Source: Candidatus Heimdallarchaeota archaeon
GTDB taxonomy: Archaea > Asgardarchaeota > Heimdallarchaeia > Hodarchaeales > Hodarchaeaceae
DNA: 64,000 bases
Direction of reading: 5' to 3'
Assembly (NCBI GenBank): GCA_020353515.1
Contig: CP070695.1
Span: 4,625,414-4,689,413 of the forward strand
The position numbers were made by a program, and so were the translations under genes. Below the pieces are notes generated by a model. The model had not been told where the DNA came from and did not search any database. It was given only the letters and a program-made list of their open reading frames with translations. Each line of letters opens with the position of its first letter. Positions within the stretch are counted from its first letter, which is position 1. This document shows positions 38,058 to 48,142 of the stretch, one piece after another.

Positions 38058-38795
38058 TTAATTGCCTGAAATTAACCTGTCACATAGATATTCATGTAAG
38101 TTTGCCTCTAGGAGATCTTTACAAGTTCTTTTGATATCATAATCAAGACGAATGATTTCTGCTTCGATTTTTGTTGCATTTATCTCTGCTATGGCATAAC
38201 TCGCTTTAGGATTTCCGTCACGAGGTTGACCAACTGAACCAGGGTTGAGAACGACCTTTTTTCGATATTTATAGACAAAAGGTTGGTGTGTATGACCTAT
38301 AACGACAAGATCCCATTTTTTAAGCCATTTACCAAGTCGAACTTTTTGTTCAGGAGGTGGATTATCAAGCCAAAAAGGGAAGAGGAAGTAATCCCATTTA
38401 TCTTCAGGTGTTCCGTGTGCAAGTAGAACTTTTCTACCTTCTATAAAAATCTCCTTACTGACTGGTAAGGACTCTATATAATGGTAATATGTTGCTGCAT
38501 CAGCCTCTAACAGTTTTTCTCGTGTCCAAGTCAATGCTGCTGCTGCAATTGGATTGAACCACGACTTTTGTCTATTGAAGTTGTTATCTGTAACAACTTC
38601 ATCATGGTTCCCTTTGATAACATGTTCACATCGCCTTCTAATTATATCAATGCATTCTAACGGATGAGGATAATATCCCACAACATCCCCAGTACAACAT
38701 ATAGAATTAATATCATTTCTCTGATCAATATCTCGGAAAACTGTAGAAAGTGCCTCTAAATTTCCATGCATGTCAGATATATAGGCCACTTTCAC
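38058..38795 (-). CDS. Calcineurin-like metallophosphoesterase
   Basis: SDMHGN, GDVVGY, GNHD, AHG, GHTH, NPGSVGQPRD. Confidence 0.9.
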   Translation of the reverse strand: MKVAYISDMHGNLEALSTVFRDIDQRNDINSICCTGDVVGYYPHPLECIDIIRRRCEHVIKGNHDEVVTDNNFNRQKSWFNPIAAAALTWTREKLLEADAATYYHYIESLPVSKEIFIEGRKVLLAHGTPEDKWDYFLFPFWLDNPPPEQKVRLGKWLKKWDLVVIGHTHQPFVYKYRKKVVLNPGSVGQPRDGNPKASYAIAEINATKIEAEIIRLDYDIKRTCKDLLEANLHEYLCDRLISGN

Positions 38796-38826
38796 AATTC
38801 TAGACTCCCAGATTCTAGCTAGTGGT

Positions 38827-39234
38827 TTAGCTAGTCTGCTGTCTTAATGAGGTTTTTAATTCTTCATTTTGAGACTCAAGAATGTGAATTCGATCATCTT
38901 TAGCTTTCAATTGATCTTTAAGCTTATTACTATCGTCTTTAGCAAAATCAAGTTCCCGTTCAAGAGACACGATTTTATTTTCAGTAGTTTCCAATTTTTT
39001 CTCAAAATCTGTTTGTTGCTCTGAAAGGGTGTGCTCAAGAGTGGAGATTTTAGTTTTGAGATCATTATTCATCATTTTGATCTCTTCTATTTTGTCTTCT
39101 AATTCCTTCTTCTCCTTTAGTAACCGATTAACTTTAGTGGGAACCTCTTTTGCTATGTTTACAGCTTGTGTGAGATTCTGTTGAATTTCTGTTAATTGTT
39201 CATTCACTTCATTGAAAGAATTTGTCATGTGCAA
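38827..39234 (-). CDS. Small all-coiled-coil protein
   Basis: Continuous heptad pattern, rich in E/K/L/Q, over ~125 aa. Confidence 0.7.
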   Translation of the reverse strand: MHMTNSFNEVNEQLTEIQQNLTQAVNIAKEVPTKVNRLLKEKKELEDKIEEIKMMNNDLKTKISTLEHTLSEQQTDFEKKLETTENKIVSLERELDFAKDDSNKLKDQLKAKDDRIHILESQNEELKTSLRQQTS

Positions 39235-39546
39235 ACACCTTGTCTATAGAAGCTCGCAATCCATTTAAAGCATTTGTCTTTTTCATCCCCATTATTTTTT
39301 CTCCCAACTAACGAAATACGTATGAAAACTATAGTAATGTCATCTATGATCTAATTATGAAAGTTATGACTTGGATTTTGACGATTTTTACAGAAAGAAG
39401 CAAGATAAAACTCTTTTTCTGCTGTTAATTGGACATTTATAAAGGCTAAAGGAATTTAAACTCATCTCTGGCCTAAGTTTAGACTCGAATTACATATTAA
39501 AATGAATGATTTTCAAGTAAATATTGAATTAAAGAGAGCAATTATA

Positions 39547-39726
39547 ATGAAACTAATTTCATTTAAGGCACCCAATACATATCTGGAAGGGCTAGACGAG
39601 TTAGTCCGAGCTGGGGTATATAGTTCGCGATCTGAAGCCATCAGAATGGCCATTCGGGACTTACTCAAACGAGAACTGAACTGGAAGGCTGGCAGTTCTC
39701 CTGCGTCTCTGGCGGAAGTTGAGTAA
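39547..39726 (+). CDS. Ribbon-helix-helix (CopG/Arc, CdrS-like) regulator
   Basis: MKLISFKAP.....LDELV..G.YSSRSEAIR.AIRDLL; start taken at ATG 39547. Confidence 0.85.
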   Translation: MKLISFKAPNTYLEGLDELVRAGVYSSRSEAIRMAIRDLLKRELNWKAGSSPASLAEVE

Positions 39727-39995
39727 AACTAAACGAGTAGGATAGACAACACTGACCTCGTCGTGGCTTTATTTTTTCTTGTTTTTCACATTGAATTTCT
39801 TCAAAAACCGAACCTGACGATTGATCAAATTATTATTAGGAACCAATACCTCATATTTTTATCAATATTGTTGAGTCTTTCAGGAAAACTTTTTTCTTTT
39901 TATTACTTAATAGATAAATAATCTCATTTATAGTTGGTCAAGGTAAATTTTACTCAGTTAAAAAGTCATTATAAGCTAAATTTTGGTGACAATTA

Positions 39996-41321
39996 TTGAA
40001 TCAAACCTCTGAACCAAAAAAAGGCAAGAAAGACAAGAAAAAGAAAAAAGACAAGCCAAAAGGCACAAAAAGAACTTTCAGAGATAATATGCGTCAATTG
40101 AAGTTTAATTTAACAACAATTAGGGCAAATACCAAGCTTGTTTTACGACTTGTCTGGCGAGAAATTAAATATTATATCCCCCTTCAAGATTTATTCCTTC
40201 TATTCTTCTGGATCGGCCTTATCATTGGACTTATCCTTATTCTTATAATTTGGGGTGCTCCCCTTGTCCTTGGGATCATTCCTGGAGACCCTTGGAATGC
40301 ATGGGGAGGATCCGCTTGGGCTGGATTATTTCAGGCTAGCGAACCAGATGTTGATGGTCTCCATCTAAGTTTAATGAGAGGAATTTTTAATGAGACGACC
40401 GTCCGATATGGTGCTGGTATCATCGGAACTATTACCATACTCGTTCGAGCAATGATTAAATCTCCTATTGCTAAGTACCGAGACAAAGTCAATACACGGA
40501 AAGGGGTAACTTATGTCTTTGGTACTTCAAGGCCAGCTGAACAGTTTTTATTCGAGATGATTTCGCAATTCGGGTATGAAGAAAGAGTATCCTTGATTGC
40601 TGATGTGGATCTCCTCTGGATACGTAGTTTGATGGGAATTGACATTTATGTCGTTGAAAATCAATTAGAATTTGCTAAACCAAATCTTTATGATATTATT
40701 GGGTTTAAAAACGCCAGTCGTGTCATGATTCTTACTGAAAGCATAGAGTTGAATCAGAATATTTTGACAAACATCCGACGTGTTCGTCCTGATGTTGAAA
40801 TCATCCTTCTTTCTCAATATGCACCTGCTTTCGTTTTTAGCGATCTTGTCCAGGATGAAAATCTTATAATCCTTGAAGATCTAGATGCAACTATTCAAGG
40901 TTTAGTTCATTCACTAAGTCTAGATTTCGATTACCCACCAACTGTTGAGATTGATGTCCCACGAACTTATATTGGCTCTACAGGAGTAGCAATGAGTTCT
41001 GATCTGTTTAAGCAAGTAGTTTTACTCATCCGTAGAGGAAAGGAACTTTTGTCTCCAACAGAAGAACTCAAACTTGGAGATCGTGTGGTCATTTATTTCT
41101 TCTCAAATTACTATATGAAACTCACTAATAGAGTGGTCACTGAGCTCCCACTACTTCCTAAGAAGAAGAAAGAAAAGAAAAGTAAAAAAAAGAAGAAAAA
41201 GAAAGAAATTCAGGAAATAGAATTTACAGGAGAAGAGACCGTGATACCAACAATCGATATTCCAGTAGTGGGAGACTCTATGATCTATGATTCAAAACGT
41301 CCTGATGATGAGGTGGATTAA
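39996..41321 (+). CDS. Membrane protein with degenerate RCK (TrkA_N/TrkA_C) domains
   Basis: Two hydrophobic segments, then YVFG...GFKNASRVMILT..IELNQNILTNIRRVRPDVEII (RCK_N) and YIG...LLIRRG...LKLGDRVVIY (RCK_C); Lys-rich tracts at both ends. Confidence 0.65.
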   Translation: MNQTSEPKKGKKDKKKKKDKPKGTKRTFRDNMRQLKFNLTTIRANTKLVLRLVWREIKYYIPLQDLFLLFFWIGLIIGLILILIIWGAPLVLGIIPGDPWNAWGGSAWAGLFQASEPDVDGLHLSLMRGIFNETTVRYGAGIIGTITILVRAMIKSPIAKYRDKVNTRKGVTYVFGTSRPAEQFLFEMISQFGYEERVSLIADVDLLWIRSLMGIDIYVVENQLEFAKPNLYDIIGFKNASRVMILTESIELNQNILTNIRRVRPDVEIILLSQYAPAFVFSDLVQDENLIILEDLDATIQGLVHSLSLDFDYPPTVEIDVPRTYIGSTGVAMSSDLFKQVVLLIRRGKELLSPTEELKLGDRVVIYFFSNYYMKLTNRVVTELPLLPKKKKEKKSKKKKKKKEIQEIEFTGEETVIPTIDIPVVGDSMIYDSKRPDDEVD

Positions 41322-42032
41322 ATGTCATTCTTTAGAAGAAGGCGAGTTAGGAAATTCGCAGAGAAAGCAGTAGAACAACAAAACTCGATCTTTGTATTTG
41401 GAAGTAACATATTTGCCGAAGCTTTCATTGACCGATTAATCCAGATTGGTGCTCATAGTAAAGTAGCACTAATTTCGGACAAGAAATTAGCTTGGATAGA
41501 GGAAGTAAAAGAAGAAGTAAATGTTTTATATGAAAGTCAACAAGAGGAGTATGCAAAGAGAAACTTATATGAAACAATTGGCTTTCAGTATGCGGAAAAA
41601 GTCATCATACTCCATGAAGATCCTGTAATAATTCAGAATATCATGGCATTTATTTCAAATGACGAGTTAAAAGTTATTCTGTTGAAACAATTTGCTCCTC
41701 CTTTTGTGCAATATCTATCTGGACAAAAGCAAGGACAAATCATCATTGTTGATAATTTAAATCAAATTGTTAATGAATTATATCAACAGATGAACCTACA
41801 ACTAGTTAAACCACCAGTTATTTCCATCCCTGTTCCTAAAAGCAGAATAAACAAACCCATTGACGACCTTAAAATTCCAGGTGTTCGTATTCTAAATATT
41901 TTAAGGGAGGATTCCAAAAAAAGAATTTTCCCTCTAGATCAACCCACTCAAGAAAATGATCGCTTATTATTATATCTAGAGGATTCAGAGAACTCATTGA
42001 AAAGCTTAGTGGATTATCTAACGCAATTCTAG
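41322..42032 (+). CDS. Soluble degenerate RCK-domain paralog
   Basis: IFVFGSN, VALISDKKLAWI and NLYETIGFQYAEKVIILHE match the upstream protein; RCK_C-like end (NKPIDDL...ILR...QENDRLLLY). Confidence 0.65.
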   Translation: MSFFRRRRVRKFAEKAVEQQNSIFVFGSNIFAEAFIDRLIQIGAHSKVALISDKKLAWIEEVKEEVNVLYESQQEEYAKRNLYETIGFQYAEKVIILHEDPVIIQNIMAFISNDELKVILLKQFAPPFVQYLSGQKQGQIIIVDNLNQIVNELYQQMNLQLVKPPVISIPVPKSRINKPIDDLKIPGVRILNILREDSKKRIFPLDQPTQENDRLLLYLEDSENSLKSLVDYLTQF

Positions 42033-42044
42033 TGTTATAGAAGC

Positions 42045-42668
42045 TTATCTAGAGCGAACCTCATAACAAATAAGCTTTTCATTTTCGATCTTTCTTTGTG
42101 AAATGACACGAAAAATAAATTCTTCTTTGAAATCTCTCTCTAATGACTCGTTTTCATTGAAAATAGATGAGAGAAAAAAAGCTTTTCCGAAAAAGAATCG
42201 TGTAAGATCTTTAAGAAATTCTTGGATTACAGTTATGCCCTTGGGACCTCCTGCCCAACTTTTTTCCAAGAATCCCTTCCTCATTTCTTCAAGACTTGTT
42301 CTTACATATGGAGGGTTAAAAAATATGATATCAGGAGAAAATTTTGATGGATTAAAGGATCGAAGACGATCCATACACACAATATCATATTGGTTACGAG
42401 GGAGATGATCTTTCATGTTTTTAAAACTTAAAATGGCAGATTGATAAGAAAGGTCTGTTCCTATGAAGTTAATCATTGGATATTTTTTAGCTAATACAAT
42501 GGAAATGAACCCACTGCCTATTCCCACTTCACACACTAGGATTGAACGATTACGATTCAATATTTCTCGATGTAATTGTGTTTCTAGGACATCAACCATA
42601 AACCAAGTATCTTCTTGAGGGGGGTAAACATTTGGATTTTTTTTCAACTTTAATTCAGGAAAGGCCAT
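42045..42668 (-). CDS. HemK2/N6AMT1-type release-factor glutamine methyltransferase
   Basis: VYPPQEDT, EVGIGSG, FNPPYV, WAGGPKG. Confidence 0.85.
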   Translation of the reverse strand: MAFPELKLKKNPNVYPPQEDTWFMVDVLETQLHREILNRNRSILVCEVGIGSGFISIVLAKKYPMINFIGTDLSYQSAILSFKNMKDHLPRNQYDIVCMDRLRSFNPSKFSPDIIFFNPPYVRTSLEEMRKGFLEKSWAGGPKGITVIQEFLKDLTRFFFGKAFFLSSIFNENESLERDFKEEFIFRVISQRKIENEKLICYEVRSR

Positions 42669-42700
42669 GATAGGCGATCCAAGATATCATTTAGCAATAT

Positions 42701-45592
42701 TCAATTTGATACAATGGCTTTCTCAATCTCTCCCAAAATTTCTTCTAGGGACTCCTTTACTCGTACTGAATAGAATCCACTTGAATATTGCAATAAATTC
42801 ATGTAAAATGAATTGGTATTGAGGAGAGAATGCCAACTTAGCAGAAGTAAAACTTTCCGAAGTGTCCACTCCTTTTTCTTCCAAACCTTTTTTAATTTGC
42901 CATAATCACATCCAAAATCTGGAATTACCCCTGAAACATGGAAAAATGTCGTTTCATCCTGTTCATCGGATTCAACTGCAATTTTTGATCCTAATATTCC
43001 TCTTAGGGAATTCATAGCTTCAACACTTGAAAGAGCTCCCATTTCTATTGTTGGCACAGGTTTCTTGTCCCTTTCGATAAAGAAAATATCAAGATCTGTT
43101 TTTATATAGTCTTTATCGATTATTTTTCCAGTCTCTTGGAAGATTCTAGAGATAGTATCCTTAGTATGATTTTCTAACACTTCTGTATAGCTTCTGTAAA
43201 TATCTTGGTTAGGATTTGATTTTAAGACTTCAATTGCTTCTTTAAGAAAAGGATAGGATTTCTTATGAACTAATGCGTTTGAGATTTCTAATCGAATATT
43301 TGTTGGTAAGGATCTATTTTTGGAACTGAAATAGTACGCACCCACGTTTTTCCATGTTATAAATTCCTCTTTTGTGATGATTTGATTGATAGATGCATTT
43401 ATCTTGTTAATTTTAGACGTAGGATCTTGTAGAAAGGTTTTATCACCCTTTGTAAGCGCTTTCCTGTCAATATTAAGGAACGGACACGCTTGAGAATATT
43501 GTTTTTGGAAATCTTTTTCGAATTTATTTATAGTTTTCTCAATATTGCCTGGTAAAGATGCATAGATCTTATTGATTGATTCTTTTGTTTTCTGGAGGAG
43601 TTTCTGGAAATTATCTTGGAGTTTATTAAGAAAACCACGATTTGAGGTTACTGATTCGAACTTTTTTTCCGCAATTTTCCCGTCAACAAATTCTAGAGCT
43701 GCATTCTTTGCTTTATCTAGATCTGATTGGATTTTTTCAATTAATTTTGTATATTCCTCTTGCGTTTTTTGTAAAATTTCAATTGTGGATTTAACAGGTG
43801 CAGATGAAAATGATAGTAACTTCAACTCGTTAAGTTCTAGATCGTAACCTTTGGAGATATCAATGGGATTTCGAGAAAGATACTTATTCAAATCCTTGAT
43901 TCGGTTTTCATAAGCAGCTTTAAACTCATCTAATCGTCGTTCTACTAACTGATGTTCTTTCTGGATATGGGTGATGTTTGCTTCATTGAATGCTGCAATT
44001 ATTATTTGAACATCCATTGTTGTACTGTCAACTCCTCCCTTAAATGCTTCAGGTTCTGGAAAAACTAAATTGAAGTCTAGATGTGGTCGGACTCTTTCTA
44101 AATAAGAATAGATTGAGAAGATCGCAAAACTATAAAGAATTTGATTACTGAACTCTGAAATGATCTTTACTGTGTTATTAAGATAATTATCTGGATTTTC
44201 TTCTCCAAGTGCAACTTGACAAATAAGTGAATTAACCCCGTAGCTCAATGAAGAGAATAGAGCTCGATAGAAAGGGAGAATGTCAGTTGCTCTCTTCACT
44301 TGAAAAGAAAGGGGATCAAGCTTTGTAATTTTATACTTCGTTATCATTTTTTGAACTGTTGAGAAGTGAGAGTCAGGGATTTGACCTTGTAATGCTGGTA
44401 GAACATCCGTTACATCAATTTTGGTCTCCATAGTCACTATTCTGAAGAGAATTTGCATGTATTTCCATGCAGTGAGTGTTAAACCAGCTGCAAATTGATC
44501 ACAAAAATTCCTGATATAGGGGATAACCAAATTTTCCTCTGTTTTGTAATCTTTTAACATATCAACTCCAATACGAGATAATGTCCCTGCTACATCATAT
44601 TCTTCATTTATTTTTGCAGTAAGATCCTCTATAGCTTTTTCAAATCCATTAATTGTAGGATCGATAAGAAAAAGAAGAGGAAATTCTCGGCGAAATTTTC
44701 TGAATATCTCATCCTCAAGTCGGGCATGAAGATTGGCTTTCGTTACTTCATTGAGCGCAAAATCGGCAAGAACTTCTTGTAAGTCGTTTTCTTCAAAATC
44801 TTCAATTATTTCTTTGAGACCCTCTTCCACTTTATTTTGTTTCTGAAGATTATCGATTTCTGATAGTATATGCTTTAAAAAATCTTTTTTAACGGAATCA
44901 ACTTTCGGGAATGTTACTAATGCATGGGGATGTTCGCTTGTCAAAAATTCTAGCATATCATTTGATAATTCAGCAATTAGATTGTTCCTATCATTTCGAA
45001 TTCTAGGATGGAGATCACTATATTTTCCTTTGAATTCAGATACTTTTACTAATGTTGTTGAGTATTCATAATCATTAATGGATTTAATGACTACTTGACC
45101 GACAGCAAAAAAAAACGTGTCTTTATTCATGGGGATCGATTTTCGCTTTCGTGCTTTCTTGATACTCTCAAGGAATAAGTCTAGAACATCGTTAACTCCC
45201 AATGCTCTAAACTCTCTCATTGTACGCTCATAGACTTCGGTCTGAATTGTATCCTCTGCAAATATTGTTACAAGCTCTTCATAATATTCGACCAAATCTG
45301 GAGCAACAACTCGATTTTCGGGAGAAATTAGTAAGAATTGGCCAACTAACTCCCCTGTTTCGTTTTTAACGAGAAATCTGCCAGTTCTATTACTGTGACT
45401 CCCGCCTACAAATCGTTCAGTATCACCCCCAATCTCTCCACCCAGCATCGTCTGAACAGCAGTTAACCCGCCAGTATAGACCTGCTCATCAAGGTCAGTT
45501 CTTAGACCAGGTTGTCCTAAACTAATTAAACTTAAACCTGAAACTGAAGCTAAACTAACCCAAACTACAGGTTCATAATCGTAATCGGTCAT
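42701..45592 (-). CDS. Large helical protein with N-terminal longin-like domain
   Basis: SGLSL...DEQVYTGGLTAVQTMLGGEI fits the longin pattern D..L..G.L.A[IV]....E; central coiled-coil region. Confidence 0.55.
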   Translation of the reverse strand: MTDYDYEPVVWVSLASVSGLSLISLGQPGLRTDLDEQVYTGGLTAVQTMLGGEIGGDTERFVGGSHSNRTGRFLVKNETGELVGQFLLISPENRVVAPDLVEYYEELVTIFAEDTIQTEVYERTMREFRALGVNDVLDLFLESIKKARKRKSIPMNKDTFFFAVGQVVIKSINDYEYSTTLVKVSEFKGKYSDLHPRIRNDRNNLIAELSNDMLEFLTSEHPHALVTFPKVDSVKKDFLKHILSEIDNLQKQNKVEEGLKEIIEDFEENDLQEVLADFALNEVTKANLHARLEDEIFRKFRREFPLLFLIDPTINGFEKAIEDLTAKINEEYDVAGTLSRIGVDMLKDYKTEENLVIPYIRNFCDQFAAGLTLTAWKYMQILFRIVTMETKIDVTDVLPALQGQIPDSHFSTVQKMITKYKITKLDPLSFQVKRATDILPFYRALFSSLSYGVNSLICQVALGEENPDNYLNNTVKIISEFSNQILYSFAIFSIYSYLERVRPHLDFNLVFPEPEAFKGGVDSTTMDVQIIIAAFNEANITHIQKEHQLVERRLDEFKAAYENRIKDLNKYLSRNPIDISKGYDLELNELKLLSFSSAPVKSTIEILQKTQEEYTKLIEKIQSDLDKAKNAALEFVDGKIAEKKFESVTSNRGFLNKLQDNFQKLLQKTKESINKIYASLPGNIEKTINKFEKDFQKQYSQACPFLNIDRKALTKGDKTFLQDPTSKINKINASINQIITKEEFITWKNVGAYYFSSKNRSLPTNIRLEISNALVHKKSYPFLKEAIEVLKSNPNQDIYRSYTEVLENHTKDTISRIFQETGKIIDKDYIKTDLDIFFIERDKKPVPTIEMGALSSVEAMNSLRGILGSKIAVESDEQDETTFFHVSGVIPDFGCDYGKLKKVWKKKEWTLRKVLLLLSWHSLLNTNSFYMNLLQYSSGFYSVRVKESLEEILGEIEKAIVSN

Positions 45593-45758
45593 TGTGAAAG
45601 ACTCCTCGCGCTCTATTCAAAGTATTTAATTATATACAATTATAAAGGATGCATAAATTATACTATTATAAATTTAACTTAAATTGAACTAGAACCACGA
45701 AAGCAAGTAATTAAATCAGTGAAATCTTAAAGAAAACTGCAATGAAGGCCATGATACT

Positions 45759-46160
45759 TTGTTTCGAAAAAGATTGCGTGAATTATTAAAAATGATGGGT
45801 GTTGGAGACATTGATGACGAATTACTCGATTCCTTACAACGTCAGCTCTTTCAGTTTCTAGAATTTGACGATTCTGCTTTAACGGGTGGTATAACGTTTA
45901 AAACTGGAAGCATTTTAACTACAGTTCAAGTGCATAACTATCAAGAGATTCGGGATCAATTGCACCGAAGTTATGAAATGGGTGAACAACCAGAAAAAAT
46001 GAATCTTCGCTTGATAATGACAAGTCTTTGCCTTTACTTAAAAGAAAACAACAAATGTCAGGTCACCGATGAAATGTGTCTATTTCAAGCAGGATCAGAG
46101 TGGTGGAAATGTGAAATTGTTCACGCATCGTGTCAGAGTAACAACGAGGAATGGAAATAA
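45759..46160 (+). CDS. Hypothetical protein with Cys-rich C-terminus
   Basis: CLYL..NNKC.VT.EMC.F.....WWKC cluster. Confidence 0.55.
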   Translation: MFRKRLRELLKMMGVGDIDDELLDSLQRQLFQFLEFDDSALTGGITFKTGSILTTVQVHNYQEIRDQLHRSYEMGEQPEKMNLRLIMTSLCLYLKENNKCQVTDEMCLFQAGSEWWKCEIVHASCQSNNEEWK

Positions 46161-46190
46161 TTCTCATAAACTTAATTTAGTAACATAATT

Positions 46191-46736
46191 TTATTTTTTA
46201 GACACATCAATAATAATCTGAATGATATTCTGCATGAAAAGAGATTTTCCAATGTTTTCTCGAACAGAAACAGGATAAATCGCTAAGTTTTGTGATTTAA
46301 CCCAATTTGCTATTGTTTTAGGGATTTCTTTTTTCCCTGTTTCAAATTTGTTTCCAACAAGCAAAATTTGATTAGGGGGGAGATGATTACAAGCTATAGT
46401 ATATAATTGTTCAATCTCCATTTGAGAATCTTTATTTTTATAGTCAAAAATTAGGATGGCAATTGAAGCAGCCTTTAAAAAAGAAGAAATCGAATTTGAA
46501 TAGACATCATTGCCTGAGACATCACAAAGTTGTAGAAAATATTGATTATCTCCTAGAATTGTGTCTACATTGTAAAACCTTACTCCTATAGAAGGTTGAT
46601 ACTCCTCTGAAAACGGAAGATCAAGAATCCAGTGGACAATCGAGGTTTTTCCTACTTCTGGTCTTCCAAGAAAAACAACTCTAAAATAGTCCGCTAATGT
46701 TGCCTCTGACGAAGATAAACTCATTGAAAACACCAT
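46191..46736 (-). CDS. Divergent Rab-like small GTPase
   Basis: GRPEVGKT, YQPSIGVRF, CDVSGN, GNKFE, SVR. Confidence 0.85.
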   Translation of the reverse strand: MVFSMSLSSSEATLADYFRVVFLGRPEVGKTSIVHWILDLPFSEEYQPSIGVRFYNVDTILGDNQYFLQLCDVSGNDVYSNSISSFLKAASIAILIFDYKNKDSQMEIEQLYTIACNHLPPNQILLVGNKFETGKKEIPKTIANWVKSQNLAIYPVSVRENIGKSLFMQNIIQIIIDVSKK

Positions 46737-46741
46737 ATGTG

Positions 46742-47719
46742 TTAAAGTCGGATATTTTCAAAGATTATTTCAGGACGACCCTCTATAGCCTTTTCTTTCC
46801 AGAGTTCAAAGGGGATTGATCTTTTTTCACCATTTCCTCTTACTACAATCCCTCGATACTTTCGCATGATCTGTACTGCAACCCATGAAAACCCTTGTGC
46901 GACAATACAGATTTTAGATAGTCCTTTAAACTCCTCTAATTCCTGATTCAATAATGGACCAACGATTTTTTCGATATCTTTTGAATCAACTGTTCCACGG
47001 ACACAGAACACCCAGATTCGCATACCCTGTCCATCATAAGCTATTAAATCGTAAGGTCCTGATTCCACTAGAGAACGAGAAGGTTGGATAAACACTATAT
47101 CTGCAATATTGTTTGCAAAAACAGAAAAACGTAGTGGTAAACCTTCAGGGTCATGACCGATCAACATGGAATGAAGAATTTCAATAAACTTCGGTGAAAC
47201 ACTTGCTAGGGTTAGAAGAATTGCCTCATTATCACCAGAGAGATTTGAAATCACATTTTCTCCAATACCGAATTGCTCTTGAGCAAAGTTGCTAATAACC
47301 TGTGGTGTAAGACCAGAAATTCGAGTCATTTCTGTGATGAGGGATTGATGAAAAGCACTAGTTGTTTTGGTGTCATATAGCATAGAAAGGGTTTCAACAG
47401 GTCTTCCTGTTTTCTTTTGTAGAAGGGTTGATCTAAACTTTCCACTTCTGCTTAATTTACGGCTATCCATCAGGAAACGCGCTTTCTCTAAGGCAATTTC
47501 TTCGAGAGATTGTGTTATTAGAGATGTACTGCAATCAACACAGGAATATTGGATTTTATTAGACAAAAATTGTCGTACAACGCCTATTTCACAAAAAAAG
47601 GAGGATCTGCAATGAGGACAGAAATGAGCCATGAAAGCAGCGTTTTTATCGCTGAGATCCCGACTAGGCCCCCCTTCTAATACACAGGGCCGACAATTAC
47701 TATCACAGTGCATTTTCAA
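46742..47719 (-). CDS. Hypothetical protein: N-terminal RING-like Zn cluster and C-terminal degenerate PD-(D/E)xK-like domain
   Basis: CRPC...HFCPHC..FFC...CVDC; C-terminal YDLIAYD...IWVFCV...ICIVAQGFS..A. Confidence 0.5.
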   Translation of the reverse strand: MKMHCDSNCRPCVLEGGPSRDLSDKNAAFMAHFCPHCRSSFFCEIGVVRQFLSNKIQYSCVDCSTSLITQSLEEIALEKARFLMDSRKLSRSGKFRSTLLQKKTGRPVETLSMLYDTKTTSAFHQSLITEMTRISGLTPQVISNFAQEQFGIGENVISNLSGDNEAILLTLASVSPKFIEILHSMLIGHDPEGLPLRFSVFANNIADIVFIQPSRSLVESGPYDLIAYDGQGMRIWVFCVRGTVDSKDIEKIVGPLLNQELEEFKGLSKICIVAQGFSWVAVQIMRKYRGIVVRGNGEKRSIPFELWKEKAIEGRPEIIFENIRL

Positions 47720-48142
47720 GAGTCAATACCTCATATTTTCCCTTCTTAGACATAGTAAATTACCGATTATACAATGAACTCTGAGATTCTAAATCACTTA
47801 CTACGCTCTATTTCAAGAATTTAAAAGTAATTCCAAATGACTGCAGTTGTTCATCTTAAAAAATCTTTCTTTGAGTTTATTAAGTAAAACCTTGATAAGT
47901 GGCTAGACTCACATATCGATTAATTTACTTCGTAATCTAAGTTACAAATAATGCAAATGCTCCAATATCAACAGTTTTTTATCTTCTATTGCTGTAATTT
48001 TTATTATTGGATCAACGAGAGTTAAAAATGGTACTTAAATTGATTCAAAAAATTTGAGAAGAGATTTTCGAATGTTATATCAAGTACTTATCTAACTAAG
48101 TTTATTCGTGAAATCTTGTTACATTAAGGAGACCATAACAAA

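Noticed and set aside
39727-39790. Weak hairpin (ACGAG...CTCGT) plus T-tract after the RHH gene as a terminator or ncRNA
   Set aside because: The stem is too short to support a call; T-tracts are common in this AT-rich sequence.
47720-48142. Longer intergenic gaps (here, 9039-9357 and 37807-38057) as RNA genes or CRISPR
   Set aside because: AT-rich, with no cloverleaf, GC-rich stems or spaced direct repeats; consistent with promoter regions.
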